A stretch of DNA of 36,266 nt. It comes from Candidatus Bathyarchaeia archaeon. Its GTDB lineage: Archaea; Thermoproteota; Bathyarchaeia; 40CM-2-53-6. The translations under genes were made by a program, and so were the position numbers. A model generated the notes under the pieces. It saw only the letters and a program-made list of their open reading frames with translations, ran no database searches and was not told where the DNA came from. Shown here piece by piece: positions 9,584 through 19,502 of the stretch (within the stretch, counting starts at the first letter, position 1; each line of letters starts with the position of its first letter). Where the stretch lies: assembly GCA_049517415.1 (NCBI GenBank), contig JBEKSC010000028.1, positions 1 through 36,266 of the forward strand, in the 5' to 3' direction.

Positions 9584-10552
9584 TCAATCTTCAAGCTGTG
9601 GTCGCAGGAGTGATCCCAGTTCGATAGCCTCCGCATTCGGGTTTAGTGTTCGGTCCAACACTACTATTCGGTTGCCGTCGTAGTGACCATTCGCGAGTCT
9701 CTGAAGAATAATTGACTCGGCCTTGCCACGGCCGATACAGGTGCCTGCAGAGTAATGCAGACTAAATCCGATAAGGACTATGAGCGCATAGTGGTAAGAA
9801 GTAGGTGCTCCTGCCGAGAGAACTTTGTAGAAGATTCCTAGCAGACTGACCACGATGTTGAGACCGATAATCGGTCCCAATACAGCGGTTAGAAGAGTTG
9901 AGTGAAATGGTCCTGAATTTATGCCAATAATCTTGAACCGCCTGAAATATGGAAGGGCGATCGAAGGGGCCAAGCCCGAGATCACAGTGATCGCGACCAA
10001 CGCCGGTGTAAGCCGGAGGGAAAATAGAACACCGGTCGCATGCTGAGGAGTAGCCAAGAAGTTCAATGAACGCAGTACCAGCCTTAGCATTGCGGGCTTG
10101 CTGGTTGTGGTCCTTGACGGGTCAGCAATGTAGATGTCCCATCCTAGGGCAATGGACGTGAAGAACAATACTAGGGGTAGGTAGACTAAGTGAGATTTCT
10201 CGATCAGAGCTTTTCTTAGCTGCAAGGGTTCTTCCTCTTTAGGTCTGATCACTTGCTTCGTCTTAGTGAGCCGCGAAATCAATCCGGCTATGTTTAACGA
10301 GCATATGCCTCCGAGGAGTACGATTGACCCATAGCCCAGGCCTATGACCAGAAGCCCCATTATTGACGTCAAGAGTGCGATTCCAAGCGGATCAAGACCA
10401 ACAAGTGTAAGTTGGGGGATTGAAAACGTTGAAACCGCAGCGACAATATACGCGCCGAAACCTAGGATCAGCGGCGCGGTCGAATCGGTAACCATTCCAT
10501 GTCTTCTAAGTTTTCCCTTGATCTCAGTTTGCGCTACCATTCTCGGAGTCAT
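9584..10552 (-). CDS. Hypothetical multi-pass membrane protein
   Basis: 322 aa ORF with about 6 hydrophobic segments. No family recognised; start uncertain. Confidence 0.65.
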   Translation of the reverse strand: MTPRMVAQTEIKGKLRRHGMVTDSTAPLILGFGAYIVAAVSTFSIPQLTLVGLDPLGIALLTSIMGLLVIGLGYGSIVLLGGICSLNIAGLISRLTKTKQVIRPKEEEPLQLRKALIEKSHLVYLPLVLFFTSIALGWDIYIADPSRTTTSKPAMLRLVLRSLNFLATPQHATGVLFSLRLTPALVAITVISGLAPSIALPYFRRFKIIGINSGPFHSTLLTAVLGPIIGLNIVVSLLGIFYKVLSAGAPTSYHYALIVLIGFSLHYSAGTCIGRGKAESIILQRLANGHYDGNRIVVLDRTLNPNAEAIELGSLLRPQLED

Positions 10553-10793
10553 CCTGTTCTCGCGGCAGACTAGCTTCTGTAGCGTTCGTCAAATCCTTTT
10601 CCAATTATGAACGTTACGGCATCCGACCACAATTACTAGTTCGAGTGCTGCTGGGAGTGTAACTCTGACATCACGTTCGCTGTTTCTTCGAACAGAGCTT
10701 AGATTCTGGCGTAGTATTTCGGAACGTATGAATGATTCGTCCACAACAACTAATTAACGGCAATCCCAACTACGAGCTATAGTTTCCAGCGAG

Positions 10794-11006
10794 GTGAGAA
10801 AGTTGAGTTTAATCGAAACAGTTCTGCAGACTGCTCCTCGGTACGCTGGGCGAGGCATGGGGTTTGGTGGATCGTTCATCTTCGGAGCCATCGGTGCTGT
10901 CTCAGTCCTCCTAATCACTATAGGCGTCTTCTACGTTTTAATAAAACTCGGAAGCCTCCTAGACGCAATGAAGGAGAAAACGGAAGCTGGTTCCGCAAAG
11001 AAATGA
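10794..11006 (+). CDS. Small single-pass membrane protein
   Basis: Gly-rich stretch, one TM helix and a charged tail. The true start may be TTG at 10803, after GAGGTG. Confidence 0.6.
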   Translation: MRKLSLIETVLQTAPRYAGRGMGFGGSFIFGAIGAVSVLLITIGVFYVLIKLGSLLDAMKEKTEAGSAKK

Positions 11007-11058
11007 ACCCCGCGAAGTCGTAGACTGGGCGAGGCTTAGTTGGACCACGCCCAAACAC

Positions 11059-11068
11059 CTTTTTTTCT
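11059..11068 (+). terminator. Possible oligo-T terminator after the small membrane-protein gene
   Basis: A run of T residues about 55 nt after the stop codon, typical of archaeal intrinsic terminators. Confidence 0.3.
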
Positions 11069-11525
11069 GATCTGAACATCCGCATAGGCAACCTCCAGCA
11101 CGTTGACCCCAAGAGCGAAGCGTGAAACAACCAATCAATTTCCTCCCCTAACGTTGTCGATGTCGGGAATCTTATGGATACGGCACATCGCGAACGAGAT
11201 CGTTATGCACATAACGCAAACGGTGGACTGAAAAATAGAATCAAAGTGAGGTGCTCCTCAAGTCTTCCCGAGAAATGTTACAATCTTCTTTATGGGATTC
11301 CAATGATCAATCATCCTTAGAACAGAGACGTAGGCAGTCAAGTGAAGACTGGACTTTGCTGTCCAACTCGTATTGAAAAATACAATGCGAGGGAAAGGTA
11401 AAGCACGATTTCCAATGTGTCCGGAAGAATGTAACTGAAGGACCGAGCATTGGTCGCCACCCAACTCACCGCCATATCAATCGTGGTCCTAAGATTGTGC
11501 ATTAATTCCGACTTCTGCGATGTGA

Positions 11526-11540
11526 ACTACGCGGCGTAGT
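11526..11540. promoter_or_regulatory. Perfect 15-bp palindrome ACTACGC-G-GCGTAGT, copy 1
   Basis: Exact inverted repeat, followed by AT-rich AATATTTATT; identical copy at 11701..11715. Confidence 0.55.
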
Positions 11541-11700
11541 CAATATTTATTCAAAATGGATGAATCATCCTAGCGCGTTGCGTTCTACCAAGCAACGAAA
11601 CATTTCCAACCCCTCCCGCTGTTCATCTTCGCTGCAAGTGAATTCTGGGGAAGTAGTGGACGATTCGTCCATACCGATTATATATGGAGTGAAGTTGCGC

Positions 11701-11715
11701 ACTACGCGGCGTAGT
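11701..11715. promoter_or_regulatory. Perfect 15-bp palindrome ACTACGC-G-GCGTAGT, copy 2
   Basis: Exact repeat of 11526..11540, ending 3 nt before the likely ATG at 11719. Confidence 0.55.
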
Positions 11716-11718
11716 TTA

Positions 11719-12582
11719 ATGGCTAAGATTGAGCAGCACCATACCGTCAACAGAAGGCTGCTCGTTTCTCTAGCCCTCATTTTTTGCAGCGTCATGTCGC
11801 TATACAGTTACTTCGGTAACGTGGCTGCTCAAGCGCAAACAACAACATCATGCACAGATGTTCATGGGCCATATGTTCTCGAAGGGAACGACGGCGGGCT
11901 ATACGGGATAGTTGGGATACCTTTCAATCTCCAAGTAAGCAATCACACTAGCGCAACAATATCAGGCACTCTAGTTCCAAGCACACCTGGCGAGGTCAAA
12001 ATTTTACCTGCGTTTCGAGGCGACATATTCGCGACAGAGTGGCTGATTAACGGAAACACCTACAGTTTTGCGCAAACCTACACAATTCGCCAAGGAACAC
12101 AAACGACAACCACGACAATGACAAACCAAGTAGTTTCGCCAACAACGATCTCCAGAACGGCACATACTTACTCAGTGACAATAGAACTATCAAGTACAAC
12201 GACAATTAGGTTTGTTGTAGTGGGACAGCAAACAACCGTAGTGCTTGCCCCTGTTACGGTTACAGGCTATTTGGACTACCTCTCAGAATTTTGCTTCAGT
12301 CTTAGTTCTGTTTCTGTTTCAACGGTTACGTCAGAACAATTAATTTCAACAACCCAATCAAACTCCTTGTTGCTATGGGCTTTAGTCATTGCAGTTGTTG
12401 TCGTTGTCGCGATTGTGGTCGTGCTCGTCGTTCTGTTGCATCGCAGACCAAAAAGAGCAGCGCCTCCATACTTAGCACCATATGCCGTAGGAACTTCTGA
12501 TATGATGTTTTGCCCGTCATGCGGAGCCTCAGTGAAAACCGACGCCAGTTTCTGTCAATCATGCGGCAGTAGACTCAAGTGA
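11719..12582 (+). CDS. Membrane-anchored Thr-rich surface protein with a cytoplasmic zinc ribbon
   Basis: Start moved from 11560 to the in-frame ATG at 11719 so the signal peptide is N-terminal. TM helix, then CPSCG..DASFCQSCGSRL. Confidence 0.8.
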   Translation: MAKIEQHHTVNRRLLVSLALIFCSVMSLYSYFGNVAAQAQTTTSCTDVHGPYVLEGNDGGLYGIVGIPFNLQVSNHTSATISGTLVPSTPGEVKILPAFRGDIFATEWLINGNTYSFAQTYTIRQGTQTTTTTMTNQVVSPTTISRTAHTYSVTIELSSTTTIRFVVVGQQTTVVLAPVTVTGYLDYLSEFCFSLSSVSVSTVTSEQLISTTQSNSLLLWALVIAVVVVVAIVVVLVVLLHRRPKRAAPPYLAPYAVGTSDMMFCPSCGASVKTDASFCQSCGSRLK

Positions 12583-12772
12583 TCCAAGTAGCCCATATGC
12601 CATCTGACCTCGCTGTGTGAGTTCACATGACTCCGATGGTCGCACAAGAGAAAATAACTTGAAAATTGGACGACATTAATGGTCCTTGCAAGAACAGAGC
12701 AACACGGGACCGCAAACATTCAAGAAAGTATTCGAACGCAGGGCACGAATATCTCGCTGAATTATAATGGCA

Positions 12773-14191
12773 TTAACGGTATTTGTAGTGTCCCTCGAAT
12801 ATGTCGCGGGTCTTCTGTCCCTCTTCGTAGTATTCGTCGTCGAAAGCTGGCACCGTGAGGGTGGAAGCGAAGTCGTAGTTGCCTGACCACTTCAGGTCTA
12901 TGATTCGTCGGATGCGTCTTGCCACCTCGGGAACCGGAATGCGTTCCACGAGTGGTTCGAAGAATCCGACTATGATAAGTTTTTTCGCTTCGTCTTCCGA
13001 GAGGCCTCTGGCCATTAGGTAGAAGATTTCTTCTTCATTGATTTGCGCAACCGACGCTGAATGCGTGGCCTTGACCTCGTTCGTTTCGATCTCGAGGCCG
13101 GGGATTGCGTCGGCTAGGGCGTCTTTGCTGAGTATCATGGCGTGTTCTGCGAGGTAGGCTCGTGAGTTCTTAGCGTTCTCCTCGATTCTAATCATGCCCT
13201 TGAAAATTGCCTTTGCCTTATCTTTGACCACTCCTTTTGAAATTGCGTGGCCGCTAGTATTTGGTCCGCTATGAGTAATGTTCGAGACAGTGTCGAAGCG
13301 TTGTGTTCCAGCCCCAAATACAACCTCTACGTTCTCAGAGGACGCACCGGATTCCTTCATGACGCTCTCTAAGCGGGACCTTGTATAGGCGCCCCCGAGC
13401 AATCCTGTGGACCAAACGATCTTGCTATCCCGTTCCCCTATTGACTTCTTGTTCGAGAATATGTTCACGTTTTGGGATAGGTTGTTTATACTTCCGAAAG
13501 TAACTTCTGCGCCTTCGTGCAAATAGACTTCAGAGAGCCCACTGTAAGTGGATTTCTTCGATTGATCTGTTGAGCGAGTCGAATACAACTCTTCGAGGAC
13601 TGTAAACTTACTCCGATTATCCCCCATCACAAGGTTCTGGGCGAAAACCCCGTGCCCCTCCGAGTCGAGTATGGTTACAACCCTGAATGGGACGATTACT
13701 TCAAGTCCCTTCGGGACATGTAAGTAGAATCCTGAAGTGAAGAGCGCGTTGTTCAATGCCGCGAACTTATCATCTTCAGGGAGAATTGCTTTCTCCAGGA
13801 AATAGCGCCGGAATAATTCTGGTTCGCTTCGAATCGCAGTCCCGATATCCGTAAAGATTACGCCTTCCTTTCGGAGAGCTTCGGGCATCTCGGCTGGGAA
13901 CGTTTTCGATTCAATTTGAAAGATCGTGATCGCCTTGTCAGACTTCAGCTTCACCATAACGTCCTCCACTTGTGACTCGGACGGCTCTGAAGGGGCTAAG
14001 CTGACTGATTCGAAGTCGACGCCTGAAAGATCCGCGTACTTCGTATACAAGCTTGAGAGTTCGACGGGAAGTTTGCGAAACAGGTTGAGTGATTTGATGC
14101 GAAATTCCCGTAACCATTCGGGTTCATGCCTGGATTCCGCCAAGGAGCGGATGTGCTGTTCGCTTGCTTTTGTTAATGTCAACTCCGACAT
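12773..14191 (-). CDS. sufD: Fe-S cluster assembly protein SufD
   Basis: SufBD beta-helix; DKFAALNNA, IPGLEIETNEVKATHSASV, FYLMARG; follows sufB. Confidence 0.92.
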   Translation of the reverse strand: MSELTLTKASEQHIRSLAESRHEPEWLREFRIKSLNLFRKLPVELSSLYTKYADLSGVDFESVSLAPSEPSESQVEDVMVKLKSDKAITIFQIESKTFPAEMPEALRKEGVIFTDIGTAIRSEPELFRRYFLEKAILPEDDKFAALNNALFTSGFYLHVPKGLEVIVPFRVVTILDSEGHGVFAQNLVMGDNRSKFTVLEELYSTRSTDQSKKSTYSGLSEVYLHEGAEVTFGSINNLSQNVNIFSNKKSIGERDSKIVWSTGLLGGAYTRSRLESVMKESGASSENVEVVFGAGTQRFDTVSNITHSGPNTSGHAISKGVVKDKAKAIFKGMIRIEENAKNSRAYLAEHAMILSKDALADAIPGLEIETNEVKATHSASVAQINEEEIFYLMARGLSEDEAKKLIIVGFFEPLVERIPVPEVARRIRRIIDLKWSGNYDFASTLTVPAFDDEYYEEGQKTRDIFEGHYKYR

Positions 14192-14253
14192 TGCTCGAAC
14201 GCCTTCTCAGGTTACAAGTACCGGTACGGGTTGCGTGAGTAAAAAAGAGGTGT

Positions 14254-15657
14254 CTAGCCGACGGAGCCGGCCATTTCCATTTGGATGAGCCTGTTCAATT
14301 CAATCGCATATTCCATCGGCAGTTCCTTGGTGAATGGTTCCATGAAGCCCATGACGATCATGCTAAGTGCTTCTTGCTCAGAGAGGCCTCGTGACATCAA
14401 GTAGAAGAGCTGGTCGTCTCCGATCTTGCCAACCGTTGCCTCGTGGCTTGTCGTCGCGTCGTCTTCGTTGATCTCGTTGTATGGGTAGGTGTCGGTCTTT
14501 GAGTATTCGTCGAGTAGTAGTGCGTCGCATCTCACGGTTGACTTGACCCCCTTAGCTCCTTTAGCAACATGTAGTAGGCCTCGGTAAGTTGTTCTTCCCC
14601 CATCTTTGGAAACGGACTTGGAAGTGATTCTGGAAGTCGTGTGTGGGGCGAGGTGTACCACTTTGCCGCCGGCGTCTTGGTGTTGGCCTTTACCTGCGAA
14701 AGCGACTGAGAGGATTTCGCCCTTAGCTCCCGGCCCGAGCAGGTAGATGGACGGGTACTTCATTGTGAGTTTGCTGCCGAGGTTTCCGTCAACCCATTCA
14801 ACAGTTGCGTTGGCATAAGCGTAAGCTCGCTTCGTGACCAAGTTGTAGACGTCATTAGACCAATTCTGGATAGTCGTGTAACGCACGTACGCACCCGGTC
14901 TGGCTATGATTTCGACGACCGCTGAGTGCAGGGAATCGGTTGAGTAGATTGGGGCCGTGCAGCCTTCTATGTAGTGTACTCGGCTGTTCTCGTCAGCTAT
15001 GATTAGTGTTCGCTCGAATTGTCCCATGTTTTGCGTGTTGATTCTGAAGTATGCTTGGAGGGGTACTTCGACGTTGACGCCTGGGGGAACGTAGATAAAG
15101 CTTCCACCGCTCCAGACCGCGCTATTCAACGCTGCGAACTTGTTGTCTTCCGGCGGGATTACGGTTCCGAAATATTTCTTGAAAATTTCCGGGTACTCTC
15201 GGAGTGCGGTGTCGGTGTCTGTGAAAATGATGCCCTTCTTCGCCAGGTCTTCTCTAAGGCTGTGGTATACAACTTCGGATTCATATTGTGCGCCCACGCC
15301 GCCGAGGAATTTTCTCTCAGCTTCGGGAATGCCCAGCTTATCGAATGTATCCTTAATGTACGAAGGCACGTCTTCCCATGAACGACTTTTCTTTTCGGTT
15401 GAGCTGGCATAATACAACATGTCGTCAAATTTGAGAGTGGTCAAATCGCCCCCCCACATGGGCAACGGTCTCTTGATGAAATGATCGTAAGCCCGTAGTC
15501 TGAACTGGAGCATCCAGTCAGGTTCCTTCTTTATCTTAGAAATCTTCTCGACAACCTCACGCGTGAGGCCCTTCGGAAACTTGTACTCGTAATCTTCGGT
15601 GGAATCTCTGAAGTTGTACTTAGTATAGTCTATGTCTAGGGTTTGCTTAGTTGCCAT
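14254..15657 (-). CDS. sufB: Fe-S cluster assembly protein SufB
   Basis: [55 protein letters not shown]. Confidence 0.97.
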   Translation of the reverse strand: MATKQTLDIDYTKYNFRDSTEDYEYKFPKGLTREVVEKISKIKKEPDWMLQFRLRAYDHFIKRPLPMWGGDLTTLKFDDMLYYASSTEKKSRSWEDVPSYIKDTFDKLGIPEAERKFLGGVGAQYESEVVYHSLREDLAKKGIIFTDTDTALREYPEIFKKYFGTVIPPEDNKFAALNSAVWSGGSFIYVPPGVNVEVPLQAYFRINTQNMGQFERTLIIADENSRVHYIEGCTAPIYSTDSLHSAVVEIIARPGAYVRYTTIQNWSNDVYNLVTKRAYAYANATVEWVDGNLGSKLTMKYPSIYLLGPGAKGEILSVAFAGKGQHQDAGGKVVHLAPHTTSRITSKSVSKDGGRTTYRGLLHVAKGAKGVKSTVRCDALLLDEYSKTDTYPYNEINEDDATTSHEATVGKIGDDQLFYLMSRGLSEQEALSMIVMGFMEPFTKELPMEYAIELNRLIQMEMAGSVG

Positions 15658-15678
15658 AGCGAATCAACAACCTCTCTC

Positions 15679-15692
15679 ATGACATACGTAAT
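15679..15692. promoter_or_regulatory. Putative operator ATGAC-N4-GTWAT upstream of sufB
   Basis: ATGACATACGTAAT in the sufC-sufB gap; 13/14 identical to the sufC site. Confidence 0.6.
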
Positions 15693-15703
15693 AAGCGTTC
15701 CTT

Positions 15704-16501
15704 TCAAGAGGCTGTAGCTGCAGCCTCTTGTTCCACCCACGAGTAACCCCTTTCTTCTAGGATTTTGGCTAATTCCGGTCCTCCCGAGCGGAATATGCGC
15801 CCGTTCACCATAACGTGGACGAATTGGGGTTTTATGTAGTCCAAAATCCGCTGGTAATGCGTTATCAGAAGCACGCCCATCTCCGGCCCAGCCATGTGGG
15901 CAACCACCTCAGCCACCTTCCTGACCGCGTCAATGTCCAACCCGGAATCAGTTTCATCCATAATCGCGATTGCCGGTTGAAGGATTGCCATCTGGAGGAC
16001 TTCGGCACGCTTCTTCTCTCCGCCGGAGAATCCTTCGTTTAAGTAACGTTTCGCGAAGGCAGGATCCATGTCAACCTCCTTCAACTTCTCCTCGAGCTTC
16101 TTCTTGAACGCAAGGGCGGAGATCATCTCGCCGCCGACACCTTTCGAGTCAGCGTTCTTCTGCGTCTCGCCCCTCAGTGATCTGTACGCGGAGCGTAGGA
16201 ACTGCGCAAGTGGGACGCCTGAGATTTCAAGGGGGTACTGGAAAGCTAAGAAGAGCCCTTTCTTGGCTCGGGCGTCGGGGGTTAGGCCGACGATGCTCTC
16301 TCCATTTACGAGGATGTCGCCGCTGTCGACCTTGTATTTGGGGTGGCCCATGAGCGTGTTGGCTAGTGTGCTCTTACCGGACCCGTTTGGGCCCATGATC
16401 GCGTGAATTTCACCTTGTGTGACTTTCAGGTTGACTCCTTTCAGAATCTGTTTGCCCTCGATGCTTACGTGTAGGTCTTTAATCTCAAGCGTAGTTGGCA
16501 T
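15704..16501 (-). CDS. sufC: Fe-S cluster assembly ATPase SufC
   Basis: GPNGSGKST, LAFQYP, NEGFSGGEKKR, DETDSGLDIDA, ITHYQR. Confidence 0.97.
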   Translation of the reverse strand: MPTTLEIKDLHVSIEGKQILKGVNLKVTQGEIHAIMGPNGSGKSTLANTLMGHPKYKVDSGDILVNGESIVGLTPDARAKKGLFLAFQYPLEISGVPLAQFLRSAYRSLRGETQKNADSKGVGGEMISALAFKKKLEEKLKEVDMDPAFAKRYLNEGFSGGEKKRAEVLQMAILQPAIAIMDETDSGLDIDAVRKVAEVVAHMAGPEMGVLLITHYQRILDYIKPQFVHVMVNGRIFRSGGPELAKILEERGYSWVEQEAAATAS

Positions 16502-16556
16502 TACTGGTCACATGTGGTTTGTTTAGCGCGGTAGAACTTAGCTGTCGCTATTAAAT

Positions 16557-16570
16557 ATGACGTACGTAAT
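16557..16570. promoter_or_regulatory. Putative operator ATGAC-N4-GTWAT at the sufC promoter
   Basis: Near-perfect palindrome ATGACGTACGTAAT, directly upstream (minus strand) of TATA-like TTTAATA at about 16549..16555. Confidence 0.65.
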
Positions 16571-16576
16571 AAAAAA

Positions 16577-16681
16577 TCAGAATGGAAGCGGCGACGACTT
16601 CCTGTAAGGACCGCGAGTACGCTTCCGGGCCTTCGTTCTCTTTTCGATCTTGCGCTCTATCTTATCGGTGACATCTGACAT
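16577..16681 (-). CDS. Small basic protein (34 aa)
   Basis: Below the ORF-track cutoff. MSDVTDKIERKIEKRTKARKRTRGPYRKSSPLPF; GGGAG just upstream of the ATG, and the stop is followed by a T-run. Confidence 0.65.
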   Translation of the reverse strand: MSDVTDKIERKIEKRTKARKRTRGPYRKSSPLPF

Positions 16682-16734
16682 TGTTCTCCCGTTACTAAAC
16701 TGGGGACTAGAATTTCAATTTTAGGACAGGTTCA

Positions 16735-17229
16735 CTATGATTTCTGCTTGTTCACGCGCTCATACGCAACGCCCATGCTGCCCTTGTTGCCGTGAAGGAC
16801 TGACTGGTATTCGCCAATGTTGGTTGCTGGCCTCGAAAGGCGTTCCGGGCTCCAGAGAAGTAGCTCACGATCATACTCAGCCAACTCATAATCGGGCGTA
16901 TAGTCCAGCGCCCCAGTTGGACAATAATCTGTGCAGAAATGGCAAAAACAGCAGCGGGCGTACCAGTACTGTGGAAATCTCTTCTCAGGGTTCTGTGGAT
17001 ATTCCTTTTGGTCAGTGACTGGAACCATGCTTATGCATCTCTCGGGACAGATCCACGCGCAAATTCCGCAGCCAGTACATTTCTCCATGTAAAGCTGGTG
17101 TCGGCCTCTGTACCCTTTCGGAAGCAAAATTTTCTGGTAGGGGTACTTCAAAGTGAATGTTCTTTTGAACATGTGTTTGATTCCTTCGTACATTGCCCCG
17201 AAAACCAAGTCGATTGTGCCTCCAGTCAC
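16735..17229 (-). CDS. nuoI: Complex I-like subunit I (2x[4Fe-4S])
   Basis: TLKYP, RGRH, CTGCGICAWICP, CCFCHFCTDYCP. Confidence 0.88.
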   Translation of the reverse strand: MTGGTIDLVFGAMYEGIKHMFKRTFTLKYPYQKILLPKGYRGRHQLYMEKCTGCGICAWICPERCISMVPVTDQKEYPQNPEKRFPQYWYARCCFCHFCTDYCPTGALDYTPDYELAEYDRELLLWSPERLSRPATNIGEYQSVLHGNKGSMGVAYERVNKQKS

Positions 17230-18374
17230 CTGTCCGCCTCGACGGGCCAGTAGTCCAAGCTTCCATAGATGATTGGCATATCGGCAACATGCACGTTGCG
17301 GATGAGGTAGGGTAGTGCGATTAAGTTTCGGAAGGAGCCGTTCATGATTTTGACTCGGTACGGCTTGTCGCTATTGTCGCCCATGACCATCACCGTATAT
17401 TCTCCGCGAGAAGATTCAACGCGACCAGTTGCTTCACCTTCGGGTGCGACGAGCGGAGCTTTTCGAGCGATGGGCCCTTTCGGAATTTTCTCGAGTGCCT
17501 GTCGGAGGATCTTGATGCTCTGTTTCATCTCCTCAAATCTTACCATGAACCTAGCATAGGAGTCGCCCTCTTCATAGGTAGGAATCTCAAAATCGAGATC
17601 CGCGTACGCTCCGTACGGTTCGACCTTTCGAACATCATACTTAACGCCTGAGCCTCGGAGCACTGGGCCTACTACGCCTAACTCTATTGCTTCCTGCCGC
17701 TTGAGCACACCAATTCCCTTAGCGCGCGCGACGACGAGTGGATTACTGAAGAAGATTCGGTCGTACTCGACGAGCCTCTTCTCAAAGTAGTCGAGTAGTT
17801 TGGTGAGTTTCTCTCCAAATCCCGCGGGCAAATCTCGCCTGGGGCCGCCTGGCGGAAGAAACGAGTACGTTAGGCGCGCACCTGTCAGCATCTCTGCGAG
17901 TTCAATGAATAGATCTCGGTCGCCGAAGGCCCACATGAAAATTGTTGTGTGCCCAGAGAATACTCCGGCGTTTATTGCCACCCAATATAGGTGGTTCATT
18001 ATGCGGTTCATTTCAGCCGCGATGGTTGAGATATATTGGCCACGGGGTGGAACTTCGACGCCTTGGAGTTCTTCAACGGGGAGCACGTAGCCCCAGTTTA
18101 GGTGGATCGCGTCAATGATGCATGGCCTCTCAAGATGCGGGATGTTACTCACGTAATTTCGATACTCAGCGATCTTCTCGCAGCCCCGGTGAACATACCC
18201 TATGTCGGTGTCTACGGAGACGATGTAGTCACCGTCGACACGGATGAGCATTCGTAAATGACCGGATCCTGGGTGTTGCGGCCCAACGGATACGTCCAAG
18301 GTCGACGGTTCCGCGGTCTTAGTAATCGTGATGGGAGGGGCTGGAGGCTTTCTCTCAGCGGGGGGTGTTGTCAT
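17226..18374 (-). CDS. nuoD: Complex I-like subunit D
   Basis: GPQHPGSG, GYVHRGCEK, GPVLRGSGV.YDVRK, ESSRGE, C-terminal SLDYWPVEADR. No paired CxxC Ni-binding motifs. Confidence 0.9.
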   Translation of the reverse strand: MTTPPAERKPPAPPITITKTAEPSTLDVSVGPQHPGSGHLRMLIRVDGDYIVSVDTDIGYVHRGCEKIAEYRNYVSNIPHLERPCIIDAIHLNWGYVLPVEELQGVEVPPRGQYISTIAAEMNRIMNHLYWVAINAGVFSGHTTIFMWAFGDRDLFIELAEMLTGARLTYSFLPPGGPRRDLPAGFGEKLTKLLDYFEKRLVEYDRIFFSNPLVVARAKGIGVLKRQEAIELGVVGPVLRGSGVKYDVRKVEPYGAYADLDFEIPTYEEGDSYARFMVRFEEMKQSIKILRQALEKIPKGPIARKAPLVAPEGEATGRVESSRGEYTVMVMGDNSDKPYRVKIMNGSFRNLIALPYLIRNVHVADMPIIYGSLDYWPVEADR

Positions 18375-18865
18375 CGTTGCCCCATCTCCGGGAACTTAAT
18401 GTCCTTCAACATAGGGGGTGGCCCATCCCAATTGTCCAGTGTGAGTAATTTTCTTAGGTCGGGATGCCCCTCGAATTTTACCCCGAACATTTCGAATGTT
18501 TCCCGTTCGTGGAAATGCGCGCTTTGCCACACTGAAACGACTGAGGCGATCGATGGGTTATCCCGTGGTAATTCTGTTTTCAGAATAACGACAAGGTCTT
18601 GAATTTCCGGTTTTGAGAATGAGCCCGTGAAATACAGTACTTCTATCTTCTTGTGGGTTGGGTAGTCGATGCCTGCGATTCCTTTTACGTGGTCGAAGCC
18701 AGCTTGGTCTCGCATGAATGTTGCAATTTCTTGGAGGTGGTCCTTGTCAAAGGTGATGGTTACGCGCCGCGCTCGGTCGACCTTGGTTTCTTTGATCGCT
18801 TCCGGAAATTGGTCTTTCAGTTGATTGATTATTCCTTCTTCTCGGGGAAGCGCGACTTGGGTCAC
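18371..18865 (-). CDS. nuoC: Complex I-like subunit C
   Basis: GIDY, ERETFEMFGVKFEGHPDLRKLL, PMLKD. Confidence 0.9.
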   Translation of the reverse strand: MTQVALPREEGIINQLKDQFPEAIKETKVDRARRVTITFDKDHLQEIATFMRDQAGFDHVKGIAGIDYPTHKKIEVLYFTGSFSKPEIQDLVVILKTELPRDNPSIASVVSVWQSAHFHERETFEMFGVKFEGHPDLRKLLTLDNWDGPPPMLKDIKFPEMGQR

Positions 18866-19383
18866 TAGGCGAAGACCTCTTCTCTTCGTATTTTCTCCCG
18901 GAGCTTCACAATAGCGCTGAGGAGTGCTTCGGGCCTAGGTGGGCATCCGGGCACGTACACATCCACCGGGAATATCTTGTGCACGTCATTTACGATACTG
19001 TATGAATCATGAAAGAGGCCCCCAGAACAAGCGCAGTCCCCCATTGCAATTACATACCTTGGCTTGGCCATCTGCTCGTAAACAATTTTGAGGCGCTTGG
19101 CCATTTTCTTCGTAACGGTACCTTCCACAATGATTAGGTCGCATTGCCGAAGGCCCCCCGCAACTGCCTGTAGACCAAACCTTTCAGGGTCGAGCCGAGG
19201 GCCCATCATTGCTCCAAACTCCGTGCTGCAACAAGCTGTGGTAATGTGCACTGGCCACAGCGCATACATTCGGCTCCAGTTGATCAAGTACTTGATAGGG
19301 CCTGAACCAGTTATCGTTCTAACGACTTCGCTGATCTTTCCAATCCAAACCCCAGCGAAGTCCAGCAGTGTTTCTTGACTCAC
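18865..19383 (-). CDS. nuoB: Complex I-like subunit B
   Basis: TACCSTE, DPERFG, VIAMGDCACSGG, PVDVYVPGCPPRPE. Confidence 0.92.
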   Translation of the reverse strand: MSQETLLDFAGVWIGKISEVVRTITGSGPIKYLINWSRMYALWPVHITTACCSTEFGAMMGPRLDPERFGLQAVAGGLRQCDLIIVEGTVTKKMAKRLKIVYEQMAKPRYVIAMGDCACSGGLFHDSYSIVNDVHKIFPVDVYVPGCPPRPEALLSAIVKLREKIRREEVFA

Positions 19384-19502
19384 CTGTTAATCCACTGCCC
19401 CTATCGAGTGATAATTATGGAAACGGGAGTCTGTAAGCATTGAAAAGGTTTGCCAGATTCTTGAGGGGGCGTGTCGCTTCAATGACAGACAGGACTTCGG
19501 CT

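Noticed and set aside
11130..11520. Short ORFs in the long intergenic gap (e.g. 11258..11464)
   Set aside because: No convincing RBS, motif or protein-like composition; left unannotated.
11560..11718. N-terminal extension of the zinc-ribbon membrane protein
   Set aside because: It would bury the signal peptide and it spans the palindromic site; ATG 11719 is more plausible.
17226..18374. Group 4 [NiFe]-hydrogenase large subunit
   Set aside because: Neither the N-terminal RxCxxC nor the C-terminal DPCxxC motif is present.
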